From NCBI GenBank assembly GCA_963828165.1, contig CAWHDR010000001.1, positions 1,568,001 to 1,632,000 of the forward strand: 64,000 nucleotides of DNA. The letters are read 5' to 3'. This document shows positions 62,827 to 64,000 of this stretch, piece after piece (the stretch's first letter is position 1; each line of letters begins with the position of its first letter). Source of the stretch: an uncultured Chloroflexia bacterium (GTDB lineage: Bacteria > Chloroflexota > Limnocylindria > Limnocylindrales > CSP1-4). A program made the position numbers and the translations under genes. The notes beneath the pieces were generated by a model, which made no database searches, was not told the origin of the DNA, and worked only from the letters and a program-made list of their open reading frames with translations.

Positions 62827-64000
62827 GTGACCCAAGACCGTCGAGTGGCCGTGATCGGCCTGGGCTACGTCGGCCTGCCGCTGGCCATCTCGTTCGTGGA
62901 GGCCGGGCTGGAGGTCGAGGGCATCGACGCGTACGCCGGCCGGGTCGAGGAGCTCAACGCCGGTTCCTCCCCGATCGACGACGTCACGAACGATCGCCTG
63001 GCCGCCGCCCTTCGTAGCGGCATGCGGGTCTTGCTGCCGGAGGGGGCGGACCTCGCCGCGGCCGACGCGATCTTCGTGTGCGTCCCGACTCCGATCAAAT
63101 CGACGAAGGATCCGGACCTGTCCCCGGTGCTCGCGGCGGCCGAGACCATCCGCGGAGCGCTCCGGAAGGGCCAGCTCATCGTCCTTCAGTCGACGACCTA
63201 CCCCGGCACGACGATGGGTCCGTTCCGCGAGGTCCTCGAAGGGAGCGGTCTCAAGGCCGGCGAGGACTTCGACCTCGCCTTCGCCCCGGAGCGTGTCAAC
63301 CCCGGTGATCCGGCGAGTGCCAGCAAGGGTGTCCCGCGGCTGGTCGGTGCGACGACGCCGGAGGCCACGAAACGCGCGGCCGCGCTCCTCGCGAACATCA
63401 ACGATCACGTCATCGAGATGAGCTCACCCGACGCGGCCGAGCTCAGCAAACTCCTCGAGAACGTGTTCCGCAACGTCAACATCGCGTTCGTCAACCAGCT
63501 CGCGCTGCTGTGCGAGCGCATGGGGCTCGACGCGTGGGAGGTCATCAACGCCGCCGCCACGAAGCCCTTCGGGTTCATGAAGTTCACGCCCGGCCCAGGC
63601 GTCGGCGGCCACTGCATCCCGGTCGACCCGTACTACCTCTCCTGGCGGGCACGCGAGTTCGACTTCATCGACCGCTTCATCGAGCTCGCGGGCGACATCA
63701 ACTTCGCGATGCCCCGCCACGTCGTCGGGCTGGTCGCCGATGCGTTGAACGACCGCGGGAAGGCGATGAAGGGTGCGAAGGTCGGGATCCTCGGCGTGGC
63801 GTTCAAGCCGAACGTGCGCGACGCCCGCAACTCCCCGGCCGCGGACGTCATCGCCGGCGTCGCGGAGCGTGGCGCGGAGGTGCGCTTCCACGACCCGCAC
63901 GTGGCGTCCTTCACCGACGGGTCAGGCGTCGTGCGCGAGGAGACCGGGCTCGACGAGCTGCTCGCCTGGGCCGACGTGATCGTCGTGGTGACGCCGCATC
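62827..64000 (+). CDS. Nucleotide-sugar dehydrogenase (WbpA/WbpO/WecC family), runs off window end
   Basis: GAGGAGG RBS; VIGLGYVGLP, CVPTP, STTYPGTT, PERVNPG, KLLENVFR.VNIA, GVGGHCIPVDP, FKPNV.D.RNSP. Confidence 0.92.
   Translation, partial: MTQDRRVAVIGLGYVGLPLAISFVEAGLEVEGIDAYAGRVEELNAGSSPIDDVTNDRLAAALRSGMRVLLPEGADLAAADAIFVCVPTPIKSTKDPDLSPVLAAAETIRGALRKGQLIVLQSTTYPGTTMGPFREVLEGSGLKAGEDFDLAFAPERVNPGDPASASKGVPRLVGATTPEATKRAAALLANINDHVIEMSSPDAAELSKLLENVFRNVNIAFVNQLALLCERMGLDAWEVINAAATKPFGFMKFTPGPGVGGHCIPVDPYYLSWRAREFDFIDRFIELAGDINFAMPRHVVGLVADALNDRGKAMKGAKVGILGVAFKPNVRDARNSPAADVIAGVAERGAEVRFHDPHVASFTDGSGVVREETGLDELLAWADVIVVVTPH

Overview
High-GC bacterial chromosome segment. Gene content (GuaB3-type IMPDH, UPF0182, F420-type nitroreductase, PII-like c-di-AMP receptor, Cys-containing SLH proteins, radC-mreBC) suggests a Terrabacteria lineage, most likely Chloroflexota (inference only). 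Bases 1-29 kb hold housekeeping and regulatory genes (tldD, Ni/Co exporter, tmk, ECF sigma/anti-sigma, GAF-GGDEF, darA-like, guaB3, guaA, a two-component cluster, a UPF0182/zinc-ribbon membrane operon, radC, mreBC). Bases 29-64 kb are a large surface-glycan locus: rmlABDC, two SLH proteins, a WbpD/E/B/A-like diacetamido-uronate pathway, two WecB/WbpI-like epimerases, six GT4-type transferases and wzm/wzt. This locus is interrupted at about 40.75-49.8 kb by accessory genes. The most striking signal is at 40761-43596: five full copies and one half copy of a directly repeated 25-bp site (GTGACATTNNCGSACRCWTTGCGAN). Each neighbouring pair brackets exactly one unrelated gene in either orientation, including an aminoglycoside-nucleotidyltransferase-like gene. 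This looks like a gene-cassette array that is neither an attC integron nor a CRISPR, with no recombinase in the window. Also notable are pervasive leaderless promoters and a glycosyltransferase triplication with a near-identical ~760-bp block. About ten single-base insertions break genes and are probably sequencing errors. No rRNA, tRNA or CRISPR was recognised.
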